DNA of 64,000 nucleotides, from NCBI GenBank assembly GCA_951406725.2, contig OX597828.1:43586001-43650000 (forward strand). Reading direction: 5' to 3'. Each line of letters opens with the position of its first letter. Position 1 is the stretch's first letter. Shown piece by piece: positions 1 to 14,562 of the stretch. The notes under the pieces were generated by a model. That model saw only the letters and a program-made list of their open reading frames with translations. It did not search any database and was not told where the DNA came from. The DNA comes from Octopus vulgaris (taxonomy: Eukaryota). Both the position numbers and the translations under genes were made by a program.

Positions 1-774
1 TTTATTATAAATGAAAATAAAAGCAAAAATATACACATGTTTATAATTTCAAAAAGGAGCAAATAATTCAGCTGAAAAATATTTGTGAAGATATTATTGA
101 CTCCGTTATTGTCTAGTGTAAAAATTAAAAATGATTATAGCAAAAACAATAATATAGGTGATTGCAAGCCCCAAAAAACATTAAAGAACTGAAGGATTAA
201 AATTTATATTAATTAAATGACATACTGATTATGTCCACCTGCTGGAAATAACAGTTTTGAATGTTGTTTCCAGCAGGAATACATACTCAGTATGTCCTTT
301 GATTATTATACATATGTATATATACATATATATATATATACATATGTGTGTGTATGTGACTGTGTGTCTGTAAGTGTGTGTGTGTGAGTATGTAAACTAT
401 ATAGTAGATATATAAAAAGCATATTGGTACAATTTAATTAGCCTTAGGTGTTTTGCTTCCTTTGTTCTACACTTAAAATATTATTTAATGTATTATTTTC
501 GTTTCTTAATGCTGCGTGTTTGCTGAGCACCATAAGGAAACGAAGAAACAATATCTCCTCTGCTCAACTTGTTCTTAAGTTGGATTAGGGCTCTAGTATG
601 GTAAGAGCTTTAATAGCAGTGGTCTCGATTTAACAACGGTGAAACTACCAAGATGTCTCGGAAACCAACTGATGAGGGTGTCAGCTGCAAATGTGTACCG
701 TGTTTTCATCTCCGTTTTCTGTCAGTTATGTTTGCTTACTTTTCGTCTATTTTCACCTTCTCTGCCTATCTTTT

Positions 775-818
<44 letters not shown>

Positions 819-849
819 GATGGATAGATATATGTCTGCATAATATATA

Positions 850-1016
<167 letters not shown>

Positions 1017-1225
1017 GCTTTCCGTTAACGGTGGGGCCAACGACAAAAGCACAGTATCCAGTGAGCGATATATATTATTTGATATATAGTGTATATTAAA
1101 AAGTGAGCTACTACAGGGTCCATGTTTTTGATAGAACAAATGTCAGATAAAACTTGTAGAAATAGCTGTGTACTCACGTGCACAATACAAGCTCTTCCGG
1201 CACCTCATATTTCAATCCCATGTGA

Positions 1226-1262
<37 letters not shown>

Positions 1263-1583
1263 TGTGAAGGTGTATGCTTGTTTGCGAGCGCGAGTAAATG
1301 TAATTATTAACAAATGACGATATATATTTCTGTAAAAATGCTCCTATGTTAACTTCTATTTCATATTATATATTCTATACAATCTAATTTGTGTATCATC
1401 TTGCAACTTAGCAATGTCGATTCGTTAAAATATAATTAATGAAGAGCTGATAATTAGTAATGAACGCGGAGGATACATTCTTATAGAGGCAAAAATTAAT
1501 CAAAATATCACACACACAGAATCACAACACAGATTCACACAACCACACAAGTGTACACATACACACACATGTATGCATATATA

Positions 1584-1645
<62 letters not shown>

Positions 1646-1679
1646 CATATATATGTATATATTTACATATACGTATATG

Positions 1680-1714
<35 letters not shown>

Positions 1715-1755
1715 GTATATACATATATATGTATATATTTACATATACGTATATG

Positions 1756-1796
<41 letters not shown>

Positions 1797-1900
1797 GTAT
1801 AATTAAATAAATGACAATAAGAAATTATATAATGAAGCATATATATAGTGAGTTTCAACACCACCGTCTTATTAGTATAACTGTCCATAAGTAATTTCTG

Positions 1901-1954
<54 letters not shown>

Positions 1955-2196
1955 TAGATAGATATATATATATAATGATATTAATACGTAAGAAGAGTAT
2001 ACTCCACTCTACGTTATCGAATTCCAATTTGTGCTAATGATATAAATACACTGATTTATATAAGTGAAGATCAAAATTCAGTTAAGCCAAGAATTCCTAC
2101 GTTGATGCGTTGATATGTATTTAACACAGGAAATACTACTACTACTACTACTACTACTACCGCCACCACCACCACCACTACTACTACTCCCGCCAA

Positions 2197-2263
<67 letters not shown>

Positions 2264-2794
2264 TCTGCCAGTGACAAAATGGAGGGTCGAGATGGGGGGA
2301 GCTAAACTGCGTGAAGAATAAAATCTTTGAACTGAATATAAGAATCTTCCGGCATTCAATCTCTTTACATTACCTTCTAAAAGAAATTCATAAACAAAGA
2401 TCAGCCATAGAGAAAGCTACGGGAGAAGGTTGTTGCACTAAATGCTTCGCATTGGGCTCAAACCATGATATCTGATATTTGCAATGTAAATTTTTCGACA
2501 CACACTGCCATCGCCTCTAAACTCATTTTTACCTCATTTTTATTAGCAATGATTATTTCTTATTGAAAAACAAGACAAAATTTGCAAAGAAGGAGATTAG
2601 TCGACGTCATCGACCCCAACATACGGTTGATATAATATCTTATTGACACTGGAAGGCGGAAATGTAAAGTTGGCTCAGGCCCGAATTGAACTCGGAACGT
2701 AATATGCCGGTAGATATATGGTAAGATATTTCGTCCTAATCTTTAAATCATATACATATCAATTAATTAGTCATATACAATCATATATATATTG

Positions 2795-3072
2795 TTTGTT
2801 CCTTCTCGAGGCACGCCTGGCTCATAAGGGCCGGTTTCCCGTTTTCCTTGGCGTATAGGATCCCCACCTGGACGGGACGCCGGTCCGTCGCAGGTGAGCT
2901 GCAAGATGCAGGAGGAAAGTGTGAGAGAAAGTTGTGGCGAAAGAGTCAGCAGAAATTCGCCATTATCTTCTGCCGGAGCTGCGTGGAGCTTAGGCGTTTC
3001 GCTCATAAACATACACACCACCCAGTCTGAGATTCGAACCCGCTGCTCTAACCACTAGGCCATGTGCCTCCA
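2795..3072 (-). mobile_element. tRNA-derived SINE family E
   Basis: A box TGGCCTAGTGG, B box GGTTCGAATCTC; the central part is shared with 44412-44690. Confidence 0.75.
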
Positions 3073-3122
3073 TGTCATATATATTATTGCGTTTCAATGA
3101 TACGTGTATATTTCCTTACATG

Positions 3123-3166
<44 letters not shown>

Positions 3167-5239
3167 CATGTAAGGAAATATACACGTATCATTGAAACGC
3201 AATAATTAAAATGAAAATATTTTCCAAAAATAAGACAAGAAATTATTATTTGCCAACATACGGTGGCAATCCCGGTTGGGATGAATGTTACTGTTGTTTT
3301 AGCCCCAGGAAACATTGTCTGCTGCTGGCTATACGATACACGTCTGTGTCCTTATATTTTCAAACAGAGGAGTGTACCATCCCCACTCAGACCACAGCAA
3401 TAATAAAAACAAGAAGTATTTTCCTTTTAAGTTCAGTTGTGCCCTTTACATGGGTTATATTACCACATCTTAAATTGTGTTCATGAGGGTTTATTGTACC
3501 TCGAAACGTAAGTGTAAATTTGTTTCGCTTCTATCTTTTACTATGATTATACACGCATAATACATACATGCAAACATACATACATATAGATGCACACACA
3601 CACACACACACACACACACAGTCACACACACACACACGCACACACTCACACACACGCACTCACACTCACAGCAAAACACGCACACATACACATACATATA
3701 TTTCTACTTACTCCTTGTTTCAATTATTAGACAACGGCCATGCTGGTGCAACGCCTTGAAGAATGTTTTGTCGAATCAATCGATCCCAGTACTTATTTTT
3801 CAAGCCTTTCCTCTTTTGCCGAACCAATAAGTTATCGAGATTATAGTAGAAAACGCTCACTGAAGGTGCCATGAAATGGGGCTGAATTCGAAACCTTGCG
3901 GTTTAGAAGTAAACTTCTTAGCACACCGCCACATCTGCGCCTGTATATGCTCCTTTCGTTGCCACTTGGATTTCTTCTGCGATAAAGAAATGGAGATCAG
4001 TTTTGCCGAATTCTGCACTGTACCTCTTCTTTTGAGACTCGGGAATGTATCCATTCAGGTATACAAATGGAACGTTGCTTTTGGAATCGAGTATGTCCTG
4101 TCACTTTGTTGTTACTGTTGTTGTTTTTAGGGACGCTAGGATATTGTCTTCTAGTAATTGTTCACAACGCGTTCTACTTTCATTTTACTATACAATTTAT
4201 TACCTTCTTTTTTTTTTTATTTCACGTTCCTTTTTGGTCTTTGCGATACTCTGTGGCGTGGCATAATTATGTGTAGTAACTATTTTTGATATGACGATGT
4301 AACTTATTTTAGTATGTAACTATTTTAATAGAAATATTAAAAGGTTGGCTATTTGGGGTAAAATGCACTCTTGTTTTACATCGCTAGCGAGGAGACAAAA
4401 TCCCGCTACAACCTCCAGCTGAGAAGTTAATCGTGACACCAGTGCCTGTTCTGGAGCCGTGGATCTATATATATCACTGGCGGGGAGAAGAATTGTTGCT
4501 GTCTCTAGCAGTCACATATCCATATTTGACAAGAGCAAACTAGTTGTTTTGTCTTTTTTTCATTTTGTGACTTATTACAGGGCACCCAAGACTAATGGAA
4601 GAGAGGACCTGAGGTAATCTCACATCAAAGATCTACATGGGATGCTTTCAACAGAATGGCCTCTCCTAAAGATACCAAAGGTACCAAGAAGAGATGTTAA
4701 ACAGGCTGATAAATTAAGTTTACCACTCATGTAGACCTTGACAAGATTTGAACTCAAGAGGCAAAGAGCTGGAGGTGGATGCGATTTTCTTTAGCAATCA
4801 CCCGCCAATAATATGTACATAGATATACGTCTCTGAAAAAAAAAATTAAAAGACGTTCACAACGGTATTTGAACCCGCTTTGAGCCAGGAGAAATACTGT
4901 TAAGTATTTTATGGGACGCTCTAGTGACTCTCCCAAATGTCACCTGTTTGCGATCAGTGTTTGAAATCTCACAGGATTCATTCAGTCTCTTTCGAGTTGA
5001 TTAAATTGAACTCAACTAAACCTAAAAATCATATGTCCACGCTGTGCATTATGTTTTGTAGTTGTATTATCGTGGGACATATATTAGTTTGGCAAGAAAT
5101 GGGGAAAAATTAAGGTTAAAACGAGTTGGTGTATCTAGTTACGTTCTGGAAGTTTTCCAGTGTTATAAACTATAATAATCCCCCTCCTCCTCCCCTTCCT
5201 CTTCCTCAGTATTGTTATCATCATCATGATCATCATTAT

Positions 5240-5345
5240 GAAGGTGGTGGGCTGGCATAATCGTTAGCATGCCGGAAGAAATACCTATCGGAATTTCGTC
5301 TGTCTTCATGTTCTGAGTTCAAATTCCGCCTAAGTCGACTCTTCC
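5240..5345 (+). mobile_element. SINE family B head fragment
   Basis: ctggcataatcgttagc...gagttcaaattccgcc. Older degraded copies at 2580-2735(-), 4745-4940(-), 20140-20240(+) and 36340-36515(-). Confidence 0.7.
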
Positions 5346-5415
5346 TTACATACATACATGTATACATGTATACACACACACACACACACACAACACACAC
5401 ACACACACATACACG

Positions 5416-5473
<58 letters not shown>

Positions 5474-5648
5474 AAATAAGAAAATAGAGAAATACATTTA
5501 AATCATTTATCAACTACTAGATAAAATGAATTAATTGCATCGCAAATCTTAACATTTATGTATTAACTTTGTCGGGTACTTCACTAGCAGTATATTGGAT
5601 ATATGTTATCCCACGGAGGGTTGAATTTGAAACCCCTATCTCAATTTG

Positions 5649-5679
<31 letters not shown>

Positions 5680-5715
5680 TGATATGTATATATATATATA
5701 TAGATAGATACATAC

Positions 5716-5761
<46 letters not shown>

Positions 5762-5869
5762 GATAGATAGATAGATAGATAAAAGCCGGACTAGACTACT
5801 TTATGCGCAACTCCATTGTCTCCCGAGACAGAAAGGATGCCAACCAATATATAAATATATATATATACA

Positions 5870-5913
<44 letters not shown>

Positions 5914-7044
5914 ACGTATATATATATATGTATATATAAAACCTATATATATATGTATGTATGTGTGTGTATATGCTTGTATGTGTGTGTGTGCTTGTCC
6001 CCCCAACATCTCTTGACAACCGATCGTGATTTATTTTACGTCTCCGTAACTTAGCGATTCGGTAAAGATGCTGCTTGACTAAAGGCGGTGCTCCAGCATA
6101 GCCGCAGTCAAATGATTAGAACAAATAAAACAGTAAAAAGTGTGTGTTTGTATATATATATATATATATACATATAAATAAAAAGGGTTTTTTATGATTG
6201 TGTATAAAGGGACATATATTATTCAAAGGAATTCCAACTCTGTTTTTCATGTTTTATTTATATTCTTTATAATATTAATGTAGACTAAGGAATATACAGT
6301 ATAAAAAGTATTTATAGTAAAATGAAAGGAAGTATTTATTGTCTTATTGAATAGACGAAATATTGATAACAAATATTAAATATTAAGGGACTAGTATACT
6401 TTCTTGTATTAAAGCATTCTTCAAAGTCCCAGGTTGTGACAGGAGTGTTTCAACTGTATATATATATATATATATACATATATGCATACATATATATATA
6501 TACATATGTGTGTGTGTGTATATATATATATATATGTATGTATATATAGGTACACTCTCAAACACATATACATATACATCTATATATATTTAGTATATAT
6601 ATACTGAGAAAAAGATAGATATACGTATTTACATGTATGCGTATTTCTATGTATGTACGCATGCGTGTTTACACCGCAATATAACTTCATGTATACGTCT
6701 TTTGAGAATCATATACCGTGCGCCATTGGCAACATGGGATTGACCTGATGAATATCACATTATCTTAGACCTTCATCAAAGTAATTATATCCATCGTTAG
6801 TCTCCAGGATAATTAGTAGCATATATCTATTTAACGTATAGGTTTTAAGTTTTCTTGTATGTGTATGATCTGGTTACCGAATCTACACATAATGAAAATT
6901 CTATCCAAACTACATGAATTATAATGTAAATACTCTAAACCGCAGGTAAATTGATTCGTCTAATTGGCATAACGTTGCATTTGTTGATTAGGTAGATGAG
7001 TCACTAAGTAATATACAGCATATTAGCGACGGAGGCACTATTCA

Positions 7045-7515
7045 TAAAGTGAGATAATATTTATCCTCACTTAAACGAGAATGTTCTGTTAGAACTTTAC
7101 AGTGGTAGTTGCCATGAGAGAAGTTCTCACATTGGTTATTTGATGTAAAATGCACCCTTGTTTCACATCGCTACCGAGGAGACAAAATTCCGCTACTACC
7201 TCCAGCTGAGGGGTTAATCGCGAAACCAGTGCCTGTTCTGGAGCTGTCAATCTATATATCATTGGCGGAGAGGCGAATCTTTGCTGTCTCTAGCAGTCGT
7301 GTATCCATATTTGACAAGACCAAACAAGGTCGAAATCACGTGAGCTGGTGGTTTCAGCGCTGGACGTAGCGGGGAATTACCAAGAGTTAGTGGTGTACAT
7401 AAAAGTGCATTTTGCACCAAAAACCCAATGTCGGAGCCTCTCTCATTGCAACTACCGCAGTAAATTTTATTTTAATAGAACATCCATGTTTAGTGGGGAT
7501 ACATATCGCCTCTTG
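7045..7515. mobile_element. Old foldback/MITE-like element with long diverged inverted arms
   Basis: gtggtagttgccatgagagaag...cattgg...aaaatgcac mirrors gtgcatttt...ccaatg...ctctctcattgcaactacc. An internal ~200 bp is homologous to 4344-4542. Confidence 0.6.
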
Positions 7516-8366
7516 AGTCATTAGATAATATTGCTAGGCGTTAAGTTTCCGGTACATTTTAAATCTAATGAAACTTAATGTTATTTACTTTGCTTATTCG
7601 TGGCTTTGGCCCGAAGCTGTAACATTGATTCACCAATCTTCAGGTTGTTTGCTTTTTAATTTACACTCATTTCTGGCTTTTTTTTTTTTTGTAATTGTTT
7701 CTCGTGAAGTAGAAAGTTGAACACAGATGATCATCTTTGAGTTTTCGGTTGCGATATGGGTGCATCTAGTATAAGAGTTTACATTTCACCCAAGAGTTCT
7801 TTGGAAACATACAACTTTAATGATTAGACATTCAAACGGGCTATATCAGGCTCAAATAATCTACCTGTTTATGTTCAAACTGACCATGTCAGGTCTTTTA
7901 CACCTACCCCAGTATACCATTTTAAGAATAAACAGTCGCATCATCGAAATCACAAAACTACAAGATGTATGGTTAAATCGAAACAATATGAATAATCAAG
8001 TATTACATTTGAGAGAATACGGAATCCTGAAGGGTTGAATATGGTTTATAAATATATCGCATAACATTCACAATGGGTCATAAATAATATGTAGTCAAAC
8101 GGCGGTGCATCAGCATGACCGCAGCTCTGAGCTGAAACAAGAAAAACTACACACACACACATGTATATGGTTCACATTTATAGAAAAAATGACGGAGACA
8201 GGTGTAGGGAAAACAAGCAGGTGTAATAGATTAATGTTCGGGAAGGACAGAAAAGTCTTTGACGTTCTGATCCTACGCTCTTCGACAGAAAGGATTGATA
8301 GGAAAAAAATGGAGAAGAGCAAAAAGGAGAGATCAAAAATATGTAGGAGTTAACGGTTCAACGAGA

Positions 8367-8436
<70 letters not shown>

Positions 8437-8953
8437 TAGATAGATGTCTAGCTAGCTAAATAGATAAATAGTTAGATATATGTGTTAGAAAAGAACAAAA
8501 AAACGTAATATGTCTCATCTAGTTTCTATACTTATTCGATCATCATCAGAGACAGATTATCCAATAAGCTCATTCGTATACAATTAAAATGCGTCTCTAA
8601 TTTCCATAGTACCATGCACTGTGAATGTGATTCATAATTTCGTTAATAAATAATGCATTTCATAGCCAGTATTGTTACATATATGCAATAATGCACTTAA
8701 CAACGCTCAGGTTTAGTTACTTTGACATACATACATACATCCATATATATTATATAACAAGACACATATGCGCGCGTGTATATATATGTATATATATATA
8801 TATATATTTGTAAATCTGTGTGTATGCGTTCTGGATACAATAGAATATACTGTTAACTATTAAATTAGTAATTGTGAAATAGCCATACTTATACACTGAG
8901 TATATTAATTACAACATTACTTTTTTATGTATTTCAAACTAATCCATTTTGTT

Positions 8954-8972
8954 TTATTATTATTATTATTGC

Positions 8973-9008
<36 letters not shown>

Positions 9009-9136
9009 TATTATTATTATTACTATTATTATTATTATTACTATTATTATTACTATTATTATTATTATTATTACTATTATTATTATTATTATTATTATTA
9101 CTATTATTACTATTATTATTATTATTATTATTATTA
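8954..9136. repeat. (ATT)n microsatellite
   Basis: Direct reading; followed by a compound (AGT)/(AGC)/(GGT) tract at 9220-9498. Confidence 0.95.
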
Positions 9137-9316
9137 ATGAAGATTAGTTGAAACTACTTTGTTTCTCTATTGTTATGTGTTTAGGATTAAATATTCTCAT
9201 CGTCTGTAAAAAGCAGCGATGGTAGTAGTAGTAGTAGTAGTAGTAGTAGCAGCAGCAGCAGTAGTGTCAGTAGTGGCAGTAGTAGTAGTAGTAGTAGTAA
9301 CAGCTGTAGCAGCAGC

Positions 9317-9366
<50 letters not shown>

Positions 9367-9765
9367 CGGCAACAGCAACCCTACCAGCTTGATCTGTAGC
9401 ATCAGCAGCTTTAGTGGTAGCTGTTGTGGTGTTGGTTGTGTTGGTGGTAGCAATGGTGGTGGTGGTGGTGGTGGTGGTGGTGGTGGTGGTGGTGGTGGTA
9501 ATCTAATTTGCAATTGACTTGTCTACTTTTTATTAGTTCTTTTTTTCTCTGCTTGGCTTTTTGGTAAATAGTTCTATGTAACACACATAGACACCGACAA
9601 TCACCCACGCGCATATGCATACTGGATGTTATACGTACAGAAACGCATATTCATATATACACACATTCACACACACACACACACACACACATGTTGATAT
9701 ACATATATACGCACTAAAAATATACATACATACATATTGCAAAACAGCAAATCGGAATAGTAAAG

Positions 9766-9865
9766 NNNNNNNNNNNNNNNNNNNNNNNNNNNNNNNNNNN
9801 NNNNNNNNNNNNNNNNNNNNNNNNNNNNNNNNNNNNNNNNNNNNNNNNNNNNNNNNNNNNNNNNN
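9766..9865. other. Assembly gap (100 N)
   Basis: Run of 100 N. Confidence 1.
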
Positions 9866-10254
9866 TATAAAAGATAGGTTGTGTGTCTGTCTCCTACGAT
9901 TTAGATTCCTAACTACTCCCACATTTTGCAGTGCAGTTTAACCAAAACCGGGTATCTTATAGTCGTGATTCATATCTAGCCCTTCTTGGTATTAGCGCGC
10001 GTCTACGATGAGTCTACGATTTAAAAAAAAATTTACCATCATTTTTTTCCATTATAATGCATTTTTTCGCTATTATATAAGGGAAGTAACTCTCTAAAAA
10101 TGTCTACGATGAGTCAACGATTAAAAAAAAAATTTACCGTCATTTTTTTCCATTTTTAATGCATTTTTTTGTTATTTTTTGGCTATAACTCTCTAAAAAT
10201 GCTTATATAGTTATTTCCCTTACAAACCCGAGTAACGCCGGACGATACTGCTAG
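9866..10254 (+). mobile_element. Non-autonomous Helitron, copy 1 (5' end lost in the gap)
   Basis: 3' hairpin cccg-agtaacg-ccgg followed by CTAG|T; homologous to 22581-22995 and 38335-38728; internal ~95 bp duplication. Confidence 0.8.
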
Positions 10255-10880
10255 TGTCTGTATATGATGTTTATCTTTGCCTTTGTCTTCGTGTCTCTTC
10301 TCCGTCATCGCTTCATGATTGATATCGTTAAATTTACTTAGTGGTTCGCAATAGAAAGTTACAGAATAAATACACGACTTACAAATATGTGCAGAGGTTG
10401 ATTTGTTCGACCTTTTAAGGTGATGCTTCAGGATGGTCGCCATCCAATGACTGAGGTATGTGAAAGAAAGAACAAAAATAAATATGTAGATAGATACGTA
10501 CATTCGACGTTGAACCTTATATATACGCATAAGAGACGTATACATTCGCAACTGCATATTAATGCCATGATACAAATGTATAGTTTACCAGAAAAACACA
10601 TCCATAAACACACGCTCATACGCGCACACTATCATTTTATACATACGGCAACACATGCCTATGTACATAAACACACATATATGCATATGTATACATACAT
10701 ATACATAAATGTTTGTGTTTGTGTGTGTGCGCGTAGGTAAAAGTATACATATATATATAATATATATGTATATATTCATATTTCTATGTATATATATATA
10801 TATATATGTATATATTTGTGTGTCTATATATATACTTGTGTGTGTGTATGTATATATATACATATACATACATACATACA

Positions 10881-10956
<76 letters not shown>

Positions 10957-11733
10957 GATAGGGAAATAAAAGTTTGATATGTGTGTTGTGTACATGCCAT
11001 TCAAAACACCTTCGTCAACGACTATACGCCGCCATCGTAGATTTTAGCATCATAGCATGCAATATTCTCTATTCACCGTTGCACCATTTACCATTTAAGC
11101 ATTGAACATTCACCATTGAACACGGGGACAGCCTGGGAGCAAACGAACGACTGTTTGAATATATTACAAACACTGGCTTGAATCCAACGTGTTTTATATA
11201 TAAAGCGATATGGCTAGGTTTAAGTTTTGCATAAAAGCTATTTATTCAAGGCCAGTTTCCAGCCGAACAGATTCTAATGCGGAAAGGCATATTAGGTTAA
11301 ATGAAGTCAAAACATTCTTCCAATTTGATTATTCATAAAACTTCAGTAAAATTTGTCCACACAGCTTTTTACCTTCTTTTTTTTTCTTCCTTTTCTTCCT
11401 TTTTTCCCCCCTTCCCTGTTTAATGTGTATATTAGCAAACTATATAGACTTTCTGATCTAGTTGATGCTTGTGAGGTTGTTTGCTCTTTCACTTCATCTC
11501 TTAATATATATATATTTCTATATTTTCAGGTTTGACGAAGTGTACATGTGTGTGCGTGTGTGTGTGCGTGTGTGTGTGCATGTGTGTGTGTATGTGTGTG
11601 TGTGTGTGTGTGTGTGTCTGTCTTTCTGTGTATGTGTGTGTGAGTACACGAGAATGTAAGTGTATGTTTCTGCGCGTAGCATCAAACGCTGTTTCGTTAT
11701 TGTTGTTGTTAAGTTCGTCATCGTTATTTGTGG

Positions 11734-11764
<31 letters not shown>

Positions 11765-12088
11765 GCTGTTGCTGTTGTTGTTATTGCTGCTGTTGTTGTT
11801 GTCGCCGCTCTTGATGTTTGTTAGTCCTGTTGCTGCGCAAAGTTAAGTATTTAACCTATAATGGTATGGCCCTTTCGGTCACCCTATTTTGTGTTGTTAT
11901 TGATGTGGCTGGTGATAGCAGGGATGCTGCTACTGTTGTTGCTGCTGCTGCTGCTGCTGGACTATGCAGGTTGTGCGTATGGGGACGTGTGGGTGTGTGT
12001 GTGTATGTGTCTGTATGATCGTGTTGTTTTCTGTGATATTATGTGTTTGTGTTTACCTATACATGCAAATACACACAGAAATTTATTA

Positions 12089-12151
<63 letters not shown>

Positions 12152-12181
12152 TTATATATATATATAAATATATATATGTTC

Positions 12182-12218
<37 letters not shown>

Positions 12219-12418
12219 ATATGTACATATATATTAATATATATATGTACATATATATATATATACGTAAAATTACATATATATATATATATATATGTAT
12301 ATGTATATGTATATATAGAGAGAGATAGATAGATAGATAGATATGCATTTATATGTATGTGTGTGTGTGCGTACATATTTATGCAGTAACACACACATGT
12401 ATGTATGTATATATATAC

Positions 12419-12492
<74 letters not shown>

Positions 12493-12609
12493 CTTATGTA
12501 CTGTATAATATAGATATAATGTATATATATGATGCTTATGTATTGTACAAATGTGCAAGGAATATCTCAGATGTATGTGTTATTCCTATGCATTGTGCAT
12601 GTCAACTGC

Positions 12610-12651
<42 letters not shown>

Positions 12652-13031
12652 ATGTGTGTGTATGAAAGAGAAATGAATATGTGGTGTATATATACTGGAA
12701 AGAACACGAGAACCAAATCATGCAACATTGATTTACTTCCCAAAGCTACAATTTCTTCTACCCACTTTCCATTTTCTTTCCCGCCTTGTCTTTCCCTGCC
12801 CCAACTCTGTTTCTTACTTCATTTCTTTCTTTTCCTTCTTCCTTCCTTCCTTTATTTCTTTCGTTCATTTAACTTTCTTTCTTTCTTTCCTTCTATCTTT
12901 CCTTCGTCCTTTATTTCTTTCATTCTTTCTTTCTTTCTTTCTTACTCTCTTTCTGTCTTTCTTCCTTTCACTAACACACTCATACACATGTATGCACATA
13001 CACACACAATGAATTTGTCTATCTATCTATA

Positions 13032-13095
<64 letters not shown>

Positions 13096-13151
13096 CATCT
13101 ATCTATCTATCCATCCATCTTTCTCTTTCTCGCTCTCTCTCTCTGTTTCTT

Positions 13152-13193
<42 letters not shown>

Positions 13194-13306
13194 CATCAAA
13201 CAATACTTCAATTTAGCTTCTATTAATTAATAACTTTTTCACCCTCTCACCTTCTACCAGCATGCGTATGTATGTGTATATATATATGCATGTATATATG
13301 CATGTA

Positions 13307-13339
<33 letters not shown>

Positions 13340-14279
13340 CTTATTGAAAGCATATTTGATGAAAACTTAGCTAAACGTTAATGCAGATTTAAATATGCGG
13401 AAAGAGGAAATATTACTTGTGGATATCTGCTAAAACGCTCTTTATTGCTTTTCTTTCTATCTTTCTATACTGTTCTTTTTACTTAACCAGTAAGTAGGAA
13501 AGACAACTCCACACATGTTTCTGGTTCGTTAAACTCCATCATTGCACATGTGTAACTTCTGAGAACTAGCCGAAGTCGAACTTGTTCTGAAGGCATGTGT
13601 GTGTGTGTGTATTTGTGTTTGTGTTTGTGTTAGTGTGTGTGAGTGTTTGTGTTTGTGTGTGTATGTTTGCGGAAGATTGATCACACATGATAGACTACAT
13701 AAAGTTATTATTCTTCCATATTTCTAAACCTGTTATAGAGACAAACTAGCGATGCTGTATTTACTGATTTCAGCTACTGTACTGCAGCCATGTCAGGTCA
13801 TAACATCTAAAGGATACTAGTCGACCATGTCGGCAATGATACATCTGCTAATCTGGCTTCGTCTAAGAGAATAAAAATTCTAACTCGACGAACAGTTTTA
13901 CAGTTGTGTACAGATACAAAGTATGCGCAATATGGCCGAATATTTCAAAAGTTCATTCTACAACAATATTAGCTTTCGGTTTCGATCTCAAAGCGTAACA
14001 TCTTCAGCAAACACCATTCTCTGATATTTCAATGCGTCTGGTATCTTGTAACGCAACTGGGTAGATGGAAACTGGTGGGTTGTTTGTTGCCGTACTTCTG
14101 TCGGAGAACTGAGCTAATGGTTCAAATGACTATGGAACACTCAACCGATTAGACGTTAATCCAGAAACGGGTAATTCACTTGGTCGAACGACGGAGATTC
14201 ACTAGCACCGTCGTCACCACCACAACCAACATATTTATGTGTGTATGTACGCATATATATATATATGTCTTTTTATCTT

Positions 14280-14517
14280 TTTTACTTGTTTCAGTAATTT
14301 TGACTGCGGCCATGCTGGACCACCTCCTTTAATCGAGCAACTCGACCCAGGGACTTATTCTTTGTAAGCCCAGTACTTATTCTATCGGTCTCTTTTGTCG
14401 AATTGCTAAGTGACGGGGACATAAACACACCAGCATCGGTTGTCAAGCAATGGTAGGGGGACAAACACAGACACACAAACATACACGCACACACACACAC
14501 ACACACACATATCACAC

Positions 14518-14562
<45 letters not shown>

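Noticed and set aside
665-720. CTGATGAG as a hammerhead core
   Set aside because: No downstream stem II plus GAAA and no closing stems.
11510-11545. Acceptor-like tattttcag followed by a possible microexon
   Set aside because: Runs straight into a TG repeat; no consensus donor or partner exon.
12529-13230. 233 aa hydrophobic ORF
   Set aside because: Built from TG, CTTT, TCTA and CT repeats; not a membrane protein signature.
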